Positions 28,548-39,058 are shown, counted from the stretch's first letter. The stretch: 64,000 nt of DNA from an uncultured Gammaproteobacteria bacterium (GCA_964427735.1 CAYRUS010000001.1:453790-517789); one strand, 5' to 3'. Numbers and translations: made by a program. The notes: a model not told the origin generated them from the letters alone.

Positions 28548-30689
28548 ATGTCAGAAAAAAGAGGAGGAGAAAACAAACTAAATCTAAATGAGAGATTTGT
28601 CGAAACCCACAATAAAAATAAAAAAAACTACCAGAAAGAGATGGAGTTAAGAGATGATGCAAGTCAAATTGTGGCACGGCTTTTAAAAGACAAACCATTA
28701 ACTGTCAAAAAAATAGCCTTTAATCCTGATGAACCCACGTACCCTGTTAGCTTCGGTCGTGAAGACGATGTTGAAATTAAAACCGAAGTACTTGAAAACA
28801 ATGTTGTTAGATGGTTTATTCGAAATGAAACTATTGTATCAAAAGAAAAGAAGGAGGAATTTCCAGGAGAATTAAGAGAAATGACTAAAGATGAGTTGGA
28901 AGAATTTATTAAAAGTATAGATCCCAGGAAAATCTCTTTAAGTGAACTTCATCATGTTTTGTCAGAATTCGATAATCTTCCTCGTTATAGAAAAGTTTAT
29001 GGTTATTTTGACGAAATGGATAGTCCTATTGCATTTGCTTATTTGGGGGAGGAGTCAGAGAGTGTCGCTGGAATTACATCTTTAATTGTTAATCCAGACT
29101 TTCACTCAAATGGTATTGGAAGAGCTTTATTAAATGAGCTTAAAAATAAATATAAAGCATTAAGCGTAAATATAGTTGCAAAAAGTATTGACTTAGATTC
29201 GGGTACAGCAAACCAAAAACTTCATAAGTTTTATAAAGAAAATGGGTTTGTCGCAGGTGAGTGGAGTCGAAACCAAATCAGCTTAGATGACATAAATACT
29301 GCAGGAAGTTGGCAAGAGATTACATCAAGAACATTTAACATAGGTGTAGGGCAACACCTTGTTAGTACTGAGCATGTTAAACGAGTAGTGTTTAGTACTA
29401 TATTAGAATCTCCAGCTCTACTAGACGATCTCTCAGATGAAGAAATTAAAAAATTACGAGAATGGGAGGAGGTGGATTTTAAGAGAGTTTATCTTGAACG
29501 CGAACTAGAAAAAATTAAAGAAATGATAAAAGTAGAAAGAAAAAGATCAAAAGGACCAATAGTTGGACATAGAACAATTTTTGACACTCAGAATCAAATT
29601 AATGATGACAAAGCACCAAAACGAGATAATGAACTAGGAGACAAAAAAGAAATTACGATTGGAGAACCGCTACCGCAAGAGTACGAGGAGGTGCTTAATC
29701 AAATACGGGATGATGCACCGGATGGATTTAAAAAAAGAGCAAGAGAAGCTGCTTATTTGTTTTGGGCTTTGGAAAACAATGCAAAATTATTTGATGAAGG
29801 TGGAGAAAGTTTACAAGAATTAAAAGACAATTTAGCTAAAAAATTAAGACGGAGTGGTTTTGTTGGAGGAGTATTTATAAGAGCTCAGTTCAAACTTTTC
29901 GGTGAAGACAAATATGACATTAATGAAGCATTACCGCATTGGATAACCAATATATCCTTCAAAAAGTCAGGTGAACCATTTAACGAAAGAGATGAGCAAG
30001 TTATCGAAAACTTTTATCAAGAATACACACAAGAATTTGCTACTCCTTACAAGTCTTCTGATCGTCAAACTTACCACAGATACAACACGGGGACAGTAAG
30101 TGAAAAAAAACAAACATACCCACCTGTTTCTTTTAAAATGTACATTGAAAGTAGAATGCTAAGAAATACCACACTTATAAAAAAAGCAATGCTGCAACTA
30201 ACAGAGAGAGGGTTGCATCCAGATACAACTAAACTATTTGAAGGTAACAGATTAGTATTATACTGGGAGTTACCTCTACACGAAGATTTAGCTCAAGGAA
30301 TATTAGAAGTGTTTGAAAGATATGACATCGAATATAGAGGGCCTGCACAAGACCCTAAGGAGTTGAAAATAGAAAAAAATGGAGTGATTGTTATAGACAA
30401 TCGAGCCGGCTCAAACGATGCAAGTTTAGGTGAAGCTGGAAGGAACCCGTTTACATGGGAAGAAAAAGTTTATGATCCAATAGCGTTTTTCAAAAAATAT
30501 TTGCAGTTAGTTTTCTTCGGTGCCAAGGACCCTATAGATCCTTATAGAATTAATTTTATCCCTCTTGTCGATAATTCGGATGGAAAGTATCCGGAAAGAC
30601 TAGAGTTGCTCAATAGAAAGGTTAGAGAATCAGGATTCGAAGTCTTTGCAACAAATCGTCCGTATTTTGATCTGTTTTATAATAAGTAA
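28548..30689 (+). CDS. Large orphan protein with internal GNAT acetyltransferase domain
   Basis: 713 aa; ITSLIVNPDFHSNGIGRALL...LHKFYKENGF (GNAT motifs A and B). Confidence 0.8.
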   Translation: MSEKRGGENKLNLNERFVETHNKNKKNYQKEMELRDDASQIVARLLKDKPLTVKKIAFNPDEPTYPVSFGREDDVEIKTEVLENNVVRWFIRNETIVSKEKKEEFPGELREMTKDELEEFIKSIDPRKISLSELHHVLSEFDNLPRYRKVYGYFDEMDSPIAFAYLGEESESVAGITSLIVNPDFHSNGIGRALLNELKNKYKALSVNIVAKSIDLDSGTANQKLHKFYKENGFVAGEWSRNQISLDDINTAGSWQEITSRTFNIGVGQHLVSTEHVKRVVFSTILESPALLDDLSDEEIKKLREWEEVDFKRVYLERELEKIKEMIKVERKRSKGPIVGHRTIFDTQNQINDDKAPKRDNELGDKKEITIGEPLPQEYEEVLNQIRDDAPDGFKKRAREAAYLFWALENNAKLFDEGGESLQELKDNLAKKLRRSGFVGGVFIRAQFKLFGEDKYDINEALPHWITNISFKKSGEPFNERDEQVIENFYQEYTQEFATPYKSSDRQTYHRYNTGTVSEKKQTYPPVSFKMYIESRMLRNTTLIKKAMLQLTERGLHPDTTKLFEGNRLVLYWELPLHEDLAQGILEVFERYDIEYRGPAQDPKELKIEKNGVIVIDNRAGSNDASLGEAGRNPFTWEEKVYDPIAFFKKYLQLVFFGAKDPIDPYRINFIPLVDNSDGKYPERLELLNRKVRESGFEVFATNRPYFDLFYNK

Positions 30690-30690
30690 A

Positions 30691-30720
30691 TTATAACCCC
30701 AACTTCTTCATCTCCTCAAT
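30691..30720 (-). repeat. Diverged duplicate of the dnaJ 3' end
   Basis: 25/30 nt identical to 31946-31975; encodes IEEMKKLGL* versus VEEMKKKGL*. Confidence 0.85.
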
Positions 30721-30737
30721 TTGACTAAGTATGTATT

Positions 30738-30847
30738 TATGGAACAATTCCACCTGAACACCAAACTTAGCAAACAAAGTAACAAGAAGCAAAAGTATAG
30801 AAGTTTTTATCACAAAAGATCCAGAGTTCGATTTATTCAAAAACTAA
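30738..30847 (+). pseudogene. C-terminal remnant of a homolog of the 713-aa gene
   Basis: YGTIPPEHQT/(frameshift)LANKVTRSKSIEVFITKDPEFDLFKN* aligns with DGKYPERLELLNRKVRESGFEVFATNRPYFDLFYNK*. Confidence 0.75.
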
Positions 30848-30873
30848 GTCGCGTGTCTCTGTTTGTTGTGCTA

Positions 30874-30901
30874 ATTCCAAACCTATTTTGAAGTCAAACT
30901 T
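30874..30901 (-). repeat. Degenerate copy of the nusA promoter -35/spacer
   Basis: 23/28 nt identical to 28504-28531, ungapped. Confidence 0.65.
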
Positions 30902-30925
30902 CTAAACTTACTTTTATCTTATTGA

Positions 30926-31156
30926 TTATTGACGTTGATTAAGTATTGATTTTGAATGAAGTATAAAATCTTCAATTGTCGGAAATGGTACTCTTGGATC
31001 ATTCAATAGATCTTCATAATCTCGAGGAAAAGCTCTACGTGCATTCTCTTTATCCATTGAAAACATAGTTAATCTTAATGGCTGTACATTTCTTATAACA
31101 CCAAAGGTAAATGTAAAAAATCCCACAACAACAGTTGATACTTTTTCATTGAACAT
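30926..31156 (-). CDS. Small hypothetical protein
   Basis: 76-aa ORF. Confidence 0.45.
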   Translation of the reverse strand: MFNEKVSTVVVGFFTFTFGVIRNVQPLRLTMFSMDKENARRAFPRDYEDLLNDPRVPFPTIEDFILHSKSILNQRQ

Positions 31157-31206
31157 TTTTAATGAAAATTAAATACAGATATACCTTTCAGAATTTACTT
31201 TATATT

Positions 31207-31902
31207 TTAAAACCTGTCCTCTGGATCTTGTGGTACAAGAAAAGAACGAGTAGCCACTTCTTTAGGATCGTCATCAGTATCCCCAGTTAATGCATTAATT
31301 ACCTCTTCTCTCCTTTTTTCTATAATTTTAACCATATTTGCTCTCGATTCGTCAGTCCAAGGCTCACCTACCTCAGTTTGAAATCTGGCTACTAAAACCT
31401 GCCACAAAACGCTTTTCCCAACGTCTTCAGAAGTCCGAAGGTTATCATCAAAATATCCTGTTACAACTTCTTTCGCCTCCGGATCTGATATGGCATACAG
31501 GCTTAATGCTTTTAAGTTTTCCGGAGGTCTAATAGGTGGTTCTTTTGAACCAGTTGTAAAATTAACAATCTTAAATTTCCACCCTGGTGGAATTAATTCA
31601 TTAAGATCCAAAAATCTGTTTACACCTTGCTCGCCATATTTTAGGTTAAAATTCTTGATATCAAAATACAATACCTGTTCACCCAAGAGCCTTTGAAAAA
31701 CAGGTTCATCTGGTAGTAACACTTGGGTTAATTTATCAACCTCTGGAGGCGTCATAGATACACCTCTTACGTCAACAGACCAGTAGCCTCCAGTTTGATT
31801 TATATCTATATCTTTGGGTAGTTCTTCGTAGCTAGTACTTTCGACAGCGTATATTTGCCGGGGAGTCAAATAGTTTAAACTTTCTTCTGAGCCTATTGAC
31901 AT
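31207..31902 (-). CDS. Orphan hypothetical protein
   Basis: Start moved to ATG 31902 (MSIGSEES), 7 nt after TATACT. Confidence 0.7.
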   Translation of the reverse strand: MSIGSEESLNYLTPRQIYAVESTSYEELPKDIDINQTGGYWSVDVRGVSMTPPEVDKLTQVLLPDEPVFQRLLGEQVLYFDIKNFNLKYGEQGVNRFLDLNELIPPGWKFKIVNFTTGSKEPPIRPPENLKALSLYAISDPEAKEVVTGYFDDNLRTSEDVGKSVLWQVLVARFQTEVGEPWTDESRANMVKIIEKRREEVINALTGDTDDDPKEVATRSFLVPQDPEDRF

Positions 31903-31945
31903 GACTTTAAGTATAAAATACCGATTTAAATAACTCAAACCTGAG

Positions 31946-32830
31946 CTACAACCCCTTCTTCTTCATCTCCTCAACCAATTTCTTTTGATCACGAGTAATT
32001 CTTCGGGGAACTGAAACAATTAGCTTCACATACTGGTCTCCTTTACCCGACCCTCGAAGGTGAGGAGCACCTTTACCTCTTAAACGCATCATAGTGCCGG
32101 ACTGAGTACCTTTCCTGACCTTTAGCTTAACAGGCTTATCAACTGTAGGTACTTCCACCTGTCCACCTAAAACTGCCATGGAGTAGGGGATTTCAACGGT
32201 CACAAAAACATCTGCACCATCACGTTCAAAAATATCGTGTGGTTTTATGTTTACCGTTAAAACAAAGTCATCAAATCGGATACTGGATCCCTCATCAACA
32301 CCTGCGGGAATTTTGATTGTTCTTTTTTTACCATTCATCTCTACTTCTTTAGTTACTCCTTTTACAGCTTCCATAAAATCAATTGTGATACTGTAGCGCG
32401 GCATCTGTTGTGCCCGTCTGCCAAAGGGGGAGGCACCGCCGAAAAATTGCTCAAAAATATCAAACGGATCACCAAAGTCAAAACCTTCAAAAGGAGAATC
32501 CCCACCACGCGAGGTGTAGGTATAAGTAAACGGTCCCCAACGTCCTGCCTGCCCTTGATTACCTCCAAATGGTGAGCCACCATATCCAGCACCGCCTGGA
32601 GAAAAAGCTGCATGACCAAATTGATCATAGGCTTTTCTTTTTTGTGGATCTGATAAAATTTGGTAAGCCTCGTTTATTTCTTTAAAGCGTTTTTCTGCTG
32701 CTTCTTTATTATCCTGATGTTTATCAGGATGCCATTCCACAGCCTGCTTTCGATAGGCTTTTTTAATCTCTTCTGCAGAGGCGCTTTTTGAGACACCTAA
32801 AATATCATAATAATCGGATTTTGCTGCCAT
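31946..32830 (-). CDS. dnaJ: DnaJ chaperone, class B (no zinc finger)
   Basis: J domain with HPD, G/F-rich region, DIF motif, C-terminal domain; no CxxCxGxG repeats. Confidence 0.93.
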   Translation of the reverse strand: MAAKSDYYDILGVSKSASAEEIKKAYRKQAVEWHPDKHQDNKEAAEKRFKEINEAYQILSDPQKRKAYDQFGHAAFSPGGAGYGGSPFGGNQGQAGRWGPFTYTYTSRGGDSPFEGFDFGDPFDIFEQFFGGASPFGRRAQQMPRYSITIDFMEAVKGVTKEVEMNGKKRTIKIPAGVDEGSSIRFDDFVLTVNIKPHDIFERDGADVFVTVEIPYSMAVLGGQVEVPTVDKPVKLKVRKGTQSGTMMRLRGKGAPHLRGSGKGDQYVKLIVSVPRRITRDQKKLVEEMKKKGL

Positions 32831-32952
32831 AGTTTATAAATACATAATTCATATTACATAATAAACATTCTCGTTAAAACGGAAGTTTTTATGCACTATG
32901 CATTTTGTTTTATGCTTTAGTTTGGCATTTTACCAATTAATCTTGGTTTTGT

Positions 32953-32979
32953 TAAGCAGTCGATAAAAAGGAGTGCTAA
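32953..32979. promoter_or_regulatory. CIRCE operator upstream of dnaJ
   Basis: TAAGCAGTC-N9-GAGTGCTAA (consensus TTAGCACTC-N9-GAGTGCTAA). Confidence 0.8.
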
Positions 32980-33245
32980 TCGTTGGCAATTAAATACTCA
33001 CCATCATCACCCGAGTTAGCGATTTGATTGATAAATTTCCATAATTTTTCAGTTAGTGATTTAATATCAGGTTCATTTTCTAATTCTTTTCTTAGTCTGA
33101 ACATAGCTACAGGGTCTTTTGGATCAATTTCACACATTATTTCCCACATGCATTCAAAATTTTTTAGGTCTTGTTTGCTTAAAAACCCTATTGCTACCAA
33201 TAAAGCCTGATCGTATCTCTTTTCATTTTCTCTTTCCTCTTTCAT
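32976..33245 (-). CDS. Orphan hypothetical protein
   Basis: 89 aa, starts MKEERENEKR. Confidence 0.6.
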   Translation of the reverse strand: MKEERENEKRYDQALLVAIGFLSKQDLKNFECMWEIMCEIDPKDPVAMFRLRKELENEPDIKSLTEKLWKFINQIANSGDDGEYLIAND

Positions 33246-33260
33246 TTAATTCATTTAACT

Positions 33261-33548
33261 TTAACTATTTGGGCTTAGTCTAACCAATTCTAAACAATCG
33301 GCGATCCTATCTGAAATTCGTGCACCTTCAGGTTCGATGCTACGCACCATTTCATTTAGTTTATCTTCAGCATCTGGTGTTAAACTACCGTTTTCTTTCA
33401 ATCTCTTTAATCCCTCACTCCAAAGTGTATTAAAATTATCAAGTGAAGCAGCCTGCTCCGGGGTAAGGTTAAACAAATCAAGAACAACTCTACCAGCAAA
33501 TATAAATTTTTCCAATCCGTTTTTGTTATGTTTTCTCTCTTCTGTCAT
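33261..33548 (-). CDS. Orphan hypothetical protein
   Basis: 95 aa, starts MTEERKHNK. Confidence 0.6.
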   Translation of the reverse strand: MTEERKHNKNGLEKFIFAGRVVLDLFNLTPEQAASLDNFNTLWSEGLKRLKENGSLTPDAEDKLNEMVRSIEPEGARISDRIADCLELVRLSPNS

Positions 33549-33689
33549 TTCTTCTTTAATGATGATATGTACCAGATTTAATTGTATTTTACAAGAATAA
33601 TTGATTCGGTATCAAATCTCCAGAGACTGTTCTTTACCTTTACTTGTACCAAAAATTAAAGCCTGATATACTCCAACTCAACGAAACAA

Positions 33690-34118
33690 ATGGGTAAGGA
33701 AAACCATAATAGACCATCTCTCGAAGAACAATTTGAAAGTTTAATATCTGAAAGCAGATACGAAGCTCATCTGAAATCGGAAAAAATGGGTGATCTAACT
33801 TTACGCAAGATACTTCAAAAATTCGAGACACCAGAACAGAAAGTTTCTTTAATGGTTTTAATAAATCGACAAGAAGAACCGTGGCTAAATAGGTTCTACG
33901 GCGGTATTAGAATCCTACCAGCTCAAGTAATTGAAGGTCGAAAGCTTGGAGAACATAACGAAACTGTACAGAATGTGTTAGGTGATTGGGAAGCTACTAA
34001 AAAACTTGTTAATGTATTAACACGCATTACCTTTACAGGTAGATTAGGAAAAATCGGTGCATCAGGAGACTTATCTGCGCATGAAGAAGATCCTGAAGCA
34101 AGGTATGGGTACAATTAA
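33690..34118 (+). CDS. Orphan hypothetical protein
   Basis: 142 aa; TGATATACT upstream; convergent with dnaK. Confidence 0.65.
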   Translation: MGKENHNRPSLEEQFESLISESRYEAHLKSEKMGDLTLRKILQKFETPEQKVSLMVLINRQEEPWLNRFYGGIRILPAQVIEGRKLGEHNETVQNVLGDWEATKKLVNVLTRITFTGRLGKIGASGDLSAHEEDPEARYGYN

Positions 34119-34125
34119 GTTAAAA

Positions 34126-36048
34126 TTACTCCTCAATAACTTCTCCTTCTTCTACAGAACCTTCATCTTTTGAGGATTTTTTATCTTTCCCCTCTTCTTT
34201 TTGACCTTTGCTTTCTGAATTTTGTTCTTCAGCTTGTTGCGATTCTGTAGCGCCATACATTGCTTGACCGATTTTTTGAAGTTCAGTTGAAAGTTCTTCA
34301 ATTGCCTTATCTAGAGATTCTTTGTCTATGTCTTCTTTTCCAGATAGATCCTTTACTTTTTCTATCTTTTCTTCGATTGGCTTCTTTATATCATCGCCGA
34401 CTTTGTCACCTGCATCTTTGAGTGCTTTCTCTGCTGCAGAAACTATCTGATCTGCACGATTTTTAGCTTCCACTTTTTCAGCTTTCTTCTTGTCTTCTTC
34501 TTTGTGTGTTTCTGCTTCTTTTTGCATTCTCTCAACTTCATCATCAGAAAGACCAACAGCACCTGTAATTGTTATGTCCTGACTTTTACCTGTAGCCTTG
34601 TCTTTAGCATTGACTTTTAATATTCCAGAGGCATCAATATCAAAAGTGACCTCAATTTGTGGAACTCCTCTTGGAGCCGGAGGAATACCATCAAGTATAA
34701 ATCTACCTAAACTCTTATTGTCTGCAGCCATTGGACGTTCTCCTTGAACCACATGTACTTCCACCTGAGTTTGATTATCAGCGGCAGTAGAGAAAACCTC
34801 TGTTTTACTTGTAGGAATAGTTGTATTTCTTGGAATCATAGGAGTTGCAACTGACCCCATTGTTTCAATTGCAAGGGTAAGAGGAGTAACATCCAAAAGA
34901 AGAATGTCTTTAACTTCTCCACCTAAAACTCCTGCCTGAACAGCTGCCCCTATGGCCACAACCTCATCAGGATTTACTGATTTATTTGGATCTTTGCCAA
35001 AATATTCTTTAACCGTCTGGACTACTTTTGGCATTCTGGTCATACCACCAACTAAAATCACTTCATCTATATCGTGAGGATCTAGGTTTGCATCTTTAAG
35101 TGCAGCTTCAACAGGCTTCATTGTTCGTTCAATCAAATCACTGACTAAACTTTCAAGTTTTGCTCTTGTCAGTGTCATTGTTAAGTGAAGTGGCTGACCA
35201 TCTTTTTGAGTAATGTATGGTTGATTAACTTCTGTTTCATTAGATGCTGATAACTCAATTTTTGCTTTTTCCGCAGCATCTCTTAACCTTTGCAAGGCTT
35301 GCTTATCTTCCCTTAAATCAACTGCGTATTCTTTCTTGAATTCATCTGCAATGTAATTAACAATCTTCTCATCAAAATCATCTCCTCCTAAATGAGTATC
35401 ACCGCTTGTGGATTTTACTTCAAACACTCCATCACCTAATTCAAGAATAGAAATATCAAAAGTTCCTCCACCCAAATCATATACGGCAATTTTTTCTGCT
35501 TTTTTCTTGTCTAAACCATACGCAAGAGCTGCAGCTGTTGGTTCATTTACAATACGTTCTACCTTAAGTCCTGCAATTTTCCCGGCTTGCTTAGTAGCTT
35601 GTCTTTGAGAGTCATCAAAATAAGCAGGCACAGTAATTACAGCAGAATCAACTTCTTCACCTAAATAATCTTCGGCATCTTTCTTTAACTTCATGAGTAC
35701 ACGTGCAGAAATTTCTTGAGGAGTATATTTTTTACCTTCAACTTCAACAACAGCCATATCTTCTTTACCAGAAACAATTTCATAAGAGACCATCTTTTTG
35801 GTTCTTTCAACTTCCTCGTCATCAATTCTTCTTCCCATCAGGCGTTTAACTGAATGAATTGTTTTATTAGGATTTAAAATCATTTGCCTCTTTGCAACAT
35901 CACCTACTAAATTTTTAACAGGCTCTACTACTGAAGGGGTAATATTGCGTCCAGTATCAGAAGCAGGAATAACTTTTGGTCTTCCTCCTTCCATCACGGC
36001 CACAACTGAATTAGTGGTTCCTAAATCTATACCTATTGTTTTTGCCAT
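34126..36048 (-). CDS. dnaK: Chaperone DnaK
   Basis: [35 protein letters not shown]. Start moved to 36048. Confidence 0.99.
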   Translation of the reverse strand: MAKTIGIDLGTTNSVVAVMEGGRPKVIPASDTGRNITPSVVEPVKNLVGDVAKRQMILNPNKTIHSVKRLMGRRIDDEEVERTKKMVSYEIVSGKEDMAVVEVEGKKYTPQEISARVLMKLKKDAEDYLGEEVDSAVITVPAYFDDSQRQATKQAGKIAGLKVERIVNEPTAAALAYGLDKKKAEKIAVYDLGGGTFDISILELGDGVFEVKSTSGDTHLGGDDFDEKIVNYIADEFKKEYAVDLREDKQALQRLRDAAEKAKIELSASNETEVNQPYITQKDGQPLHLTMTLTRAKLESLVSDLIERTMKPVEAALKDANLDPHDIDEVILVGGMTRMPKVVQTVKEYFGKDPNKSVNPDEVVAIGAAVQAGVLGGEVKDILLLDVTPLTLAIETMGSVATPMIPRNTTIPTSKTEVFSTAADNQTQVEVHVVQGERPMAADNKSLGRFILDGIPPAPRGVPQIEVTFDIDASGILKVNAKDKATGKSQDITITGAVGLSDDEVERMQKEAETHKEEDKKKAEKVEAKNRADQIVSAAEKALKDAGDKVGDDIKKPIEEKIEKVKDLSGKEDIDKESLDKAIEELSTELQKIGQAMYGATESQQAEEQNSESKGQKEEGKDKKSSKDEGSVEEGEVIEE

Positions 36049-36072
36049 ATTATCGCTTATATTATTACTACT

Positions 36073-36099
36073 TTGGCACTCAGTTGTCAAGAGTGCTAG
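36073..36099. promoter_or_regulatory. CIRCE operator upstream of dnaK, enclosing a TTGACA -35
   Basis: TTGGCACTC-AGTTGTCAA-GAGTGCTAG; overlaps the grpE stop codon. Confidence 0.88.
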
Positions 36100-36536
36100 C
36101 TATAAACTTTTACTTTTACAGGACGAATCATCAAATCATCTATTTCCCATCCACTATTTATTATCTCTGCTACTGTTCCGGCTTCTTTTTCATTTCTTCC
36201 CTTGATGGTATCAATAGCTTCATGCTTGTTTTCGTCAAACCTGTCACCAACTTTAACTTTAATTTCATAAAGACCTTCCCTCTCAAGAGATTTTCTAAAT
36301 TCGGATACTACAATAGCCAGACCTGGGTCCTCTAAATGTCCCTGAACCTCTTCCATCATGTCTAAAACAGGCAACAGCCTTTCTAATAAACGAGCATTTG
36401 CAATTTTTCCAATTAATTCTTTTTCTTTCTCAGTCCTTTTGCGCAAATTATCATAATCAGCTAAAGCCCGAGCTAACTGATTTTTTAAATCTTCTATATC
36501 CAACTGACTTTTGTCTGTTTTACTTTTCTTTTTCAT
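36096..36536 (-). CDS. grpE: Nucleotide exchange factor GrpE
   Basis: [35 protein letters not shown]. Confidence 0.95.
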   Translation of the reverse strand: MKKKSKTDKSQLDIEDLKNQLARALADYDNLRKRTEKEKELIGKIANARLLERLLPVLDMMEEVQGHLEDPGLAIVVSEFRKSLEREGLYEIKVKVGDRFDENKHEAIDTIKGRNEKEAGTVAEIINSGWEIDDLMIRPVKVKVYS

Positions 36537-37273
36537 CTGCTAATTTCTCTCAGTAAGTTTCCAAAATATCTGACAATGGGAACAACTGTAGGGCTAAGTC
36601 GAGCTGGTCCAACCACTCCTATTGCTGCATTTTTCCCTTTTACCTGTACACGAGCTACAGAAACTCCAACAGGTCCTAATGTATTCCACCCCAACTCTTC
36701 ACCAAAAACAATGCCAATATTTGAAATTTCGTTTACTCTTTCAAACAAAATTTCACGCAGGCGAGATGTTTGTTCTATTAATGAAAATAAATCTGCACAT
36801 ACCTCAAGATCAGAAAATTCAGGACTTTCAAAGATATTTGCATACCCTGCATGCCAGACTTTTGAATTCTCTTCGACATACCCTACTGCTAAATTTCTGG
36901 TTCTTTGTGCCAAAGAAACCACTGCTTCGTGCATAAGAGAATCTATATCATCCCTTACATCCCAAACTTCTTCTTTTGCACGCACTTCATCTGCAAGAGA
37001 CATATGCCTTTCTTCCATTAATTGGTCAATATAAAAACGCATTGCTAGAGGAGTAGGCATCCGTCCTGCGGAAGTATGAGGTTGTTTAAGATATCCAATC
37101 TTAGTTAAGGTTGCCATTTCATTTCTGATTGTAGCTGAAGAAACCCCTAAGTTATATTTTTTCTCCAAAATCTCTGACCCAACAGGAACAGCTGACTCTA
37201 CATACTCATCTATTAGAGCTTTTAGAATTTGTGTTTGCCTTGCTGTTAACCCTTGTGGCTTATCCATATCCAT
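36533..37273 (-). CDS. hrcA: Heat-inducible transcription repressor HrcA (short)
   Basis: LTARQTQIL, PVGS, SSATIRNEM, QPHTSAGRMPT, IGVVGPAR. Confidence 0.95.
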   Translation of the reverse strand: MDMDKPQGLTARQTQILKALIDEYVESAVPVGSEILEKKYNLGVSSATIRNEMATLTKIGYLKQPHTSAGRMPTPLAMRFYIDQLMEERHMSLADEVRAKEEVWDVRDDIDSLMHEAVVSLAQRTRNLAVGYVEENSKVWHAGYANIFESPEFSDLEVCADLFSLIEQTSRLREILFERVNEISNIGIVFGEELGWNTLGPVGVSVARVQVKGKNAAIGVVGPARLSPTVVPIVRYFGNLLREISR

Positions 37274-37288
37274 AATAGTACCCTTATT

Positions 37289-37325
37289 TTAGCAGAATGC
37301 TATCATGAGTGCTAAGCAGTGTCAA
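37289..37325 (-). promoter_or_regulatory. CIRCE operator and promoter of hrcA-grpE
   Basis: Minus strand TTAGCACTC-N9-TTCTGCTAA (37289-37315) within TTGACA-17 bp-TAGCAT. Confidence 0.8.
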
Positions 37326-37336
37326 GAGAAATAATG

Positions 37337-39058
37337 CTATATAGAGTCCGTAGTGACGGGAGAAAGAGGCTCTTTTTCGTCCTGTGGTATAGGGGAGAGT
37401 TTGTGTTTAACCAAAACTCTCTTTACTAGTCTAATCATCACCCATAATTCATTTAATTTAAACAAATAAGCTATAAAAAGATAAATAGAAAGTCCTACCA
37501 AAGATACAAAAATAGTTAACAGCAGAAGGTTTACAGTGTAACGAGTATCTAGTACAAATCTTTCAAACTGCAAATTTCTAGTTATCTCTGTTCCTGTAAC
37601 AAATGAAAGGCTTTTGACCCAAACAGACAAATCTAGAAATTTAAGAAGAACAAACATTACCAAACCAGAGATACTTGCAGCAATAAAAGCCTTCAATTCA
37701 GGAAGTAAATATTTAAATGAAAAATCTCCAATTTTTTTATTTATTAACACCAAAAGCATTAATGCCTGAAAAAAACTACCGATTGAAAACGCAGCCGCAA
37801 GTCCCCAAACCGGAAGATTTAACTCATAAATGAAAAGAAAATCAAAAAAAACAATGAGCACCATACTAATAATAGAAACAGCTACAGGTGTTTTTGTATC
37901 CTGTAAGGCGTAAAAACTCCTAGCTAGAAGTGCTGAAGCTGCCTGAAAAACAATACCAAACGCAAATGCAGACAAAACCATCCCGGTTTGCACAGTGTCT
38001 TCCCATTCAAAAAGTTCTCTTCCGTAAACGATTCTTACTATCGGAATTCTAAGAACAATAAGTACAGTTGCAATTGGCAAGATCAAAAACACCATTTGAT
38101 GCAGACCATTCCACATTGTTTTTTTAAACTTATTTAAATCATCACTTTGGCTTGATAAAGTAGGCAGTGCTGCCTTAGCAATTGAAGTACCGAACAATGT
38201 TACAGGCATCAACTGTAAACTATTTGCCAAAGTAAAATATGCATACGAAGCTGTCGTAAGCAAAGAAGCTAGGAATAACTCAACCATTTTTGTCACCTGC
38301 AAAAAAGTAACTTCAACCATTCTAGGCGCAGCAAGTTCTCCAATTTTTTTAACTTCGCTCGTTATTTTTATTCTAGGATGAAACCTAAATCCTAACTTAA
38401 CTGCCAAGGGAAGTTGAACAAAAAAATGAGCCATAGCACCAAGCAAAACACCTAGTGCAGGTCCTACAAGACCAAACCTATCAGAGAATGTAATTGTCCC
38501 AACAATTATCCCTACATTGTAAAAAAGGGGGGCCAAAGCTGGTACTAGAAATCTTTTCAAAGACTCCAAAACACCTGTTAGTACATAACTTATAACAAAA
38601 AATATCTGAGCTGAGAGTAACACCCTTGTAATCATAGTAATTTGCTTTATTTGTGCAGCTGAATAACCAGGAGTAAAAATCGTATAAATATGTTCAGCAA
38701 ACACACCAAAAAAGAGAGAAAAGACAAGAAAGATAATTAAGCCAATATTGGCTACGCTTCCTGCAATTTGCCATGCATTGTCTATACTTTTGTTCGCCGC
38801 TTTAGCAAAAACAGGGATAAAAGCGGAAGAAAACGTACCAAAAACAAGAATTTCAAAGATAGTGTCAGGGAGACGAAAAGCAGCAAAAAATATTGAAACA
38901 TCTTCTGTTGTGAAGAATTTAATTAAGATTATCTTGCTCAAAAGGCCAAGTACTTTCGCCGCTGCAATCGCTATCATTATTATTGTTGCTGCGGACATAA
39001 CACTGTCTTGAGGTCCTGTTAATAATTTTCTACCCTCGTTAAATAGTTTTTTGACCAT
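37337..39058 (-). CDS. murJ: Lipid II flippase MurJ/MviN
   Basis: AAFRLPD, SSAFIPVF, RSFYALQDTKTP; about 14 TMs. Confidence 0.93.
   Translation of the reverse strand: MVKKLFNEGRKLLTGPQDSVMSAATIIMIAIAAAKVLGLLSKIILIKFFTTEDVSIFFAAFRLPDTIFEILVFGTFSSAFIPVFAKAANKSIDNAWQIAGSVANIGLIIFLVFSLFFGVFAEHIYTIFTPGYSAAQIKQITMITRVLLSAQIFFVISYVLTGVLESLKRFLVPALAPLFYNVGIIVGTITFSDRFGLVGPALGVLLGAMAHFFVQLPLAVKLGFRFHPRIKITSEVKKIGELAAPRMVEVTFLQVTKMVELFLASLLTTASYAYFTLANSLQLMPVTLFGTSIAKAALPTLSSQSDDLNKFKKTMWNGLHQMVFLILPIATVLIVLRIPIVRIVYGRELFEWEDTVQTGMVLSAFAFGIVFQAASALLARSFYALQDTKTPVAVSIISMVLIVFFDFLFIYELNLPVWGLAAAFSIGSFFQALMLLVLINKKIGDFSFKYLLPELKAFIAASISGLVMFVLLKFLDLSVWVKSLSFVTGTEITRNLQFERFVLDTRYTVNLLLLTIFVSLVGLSIYLFIAYLFKLNELWVMIRLVKRVLVKHKLSPIPQDEKEPLSPVTTDSI

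Noticed and set aside
30739-30891. 50-aa ORF MEQFHLNTK...
   Set aside because: The other frames match the neighbouring gene's C-terminus, so a remnant is the better explanation.
36049-36090. N-terminal extension of DnaK in the ORF track (MTTECQSS...)
   Set aside because: It runs through the CIRCE and promoter; the conserved start is ATG 36048.
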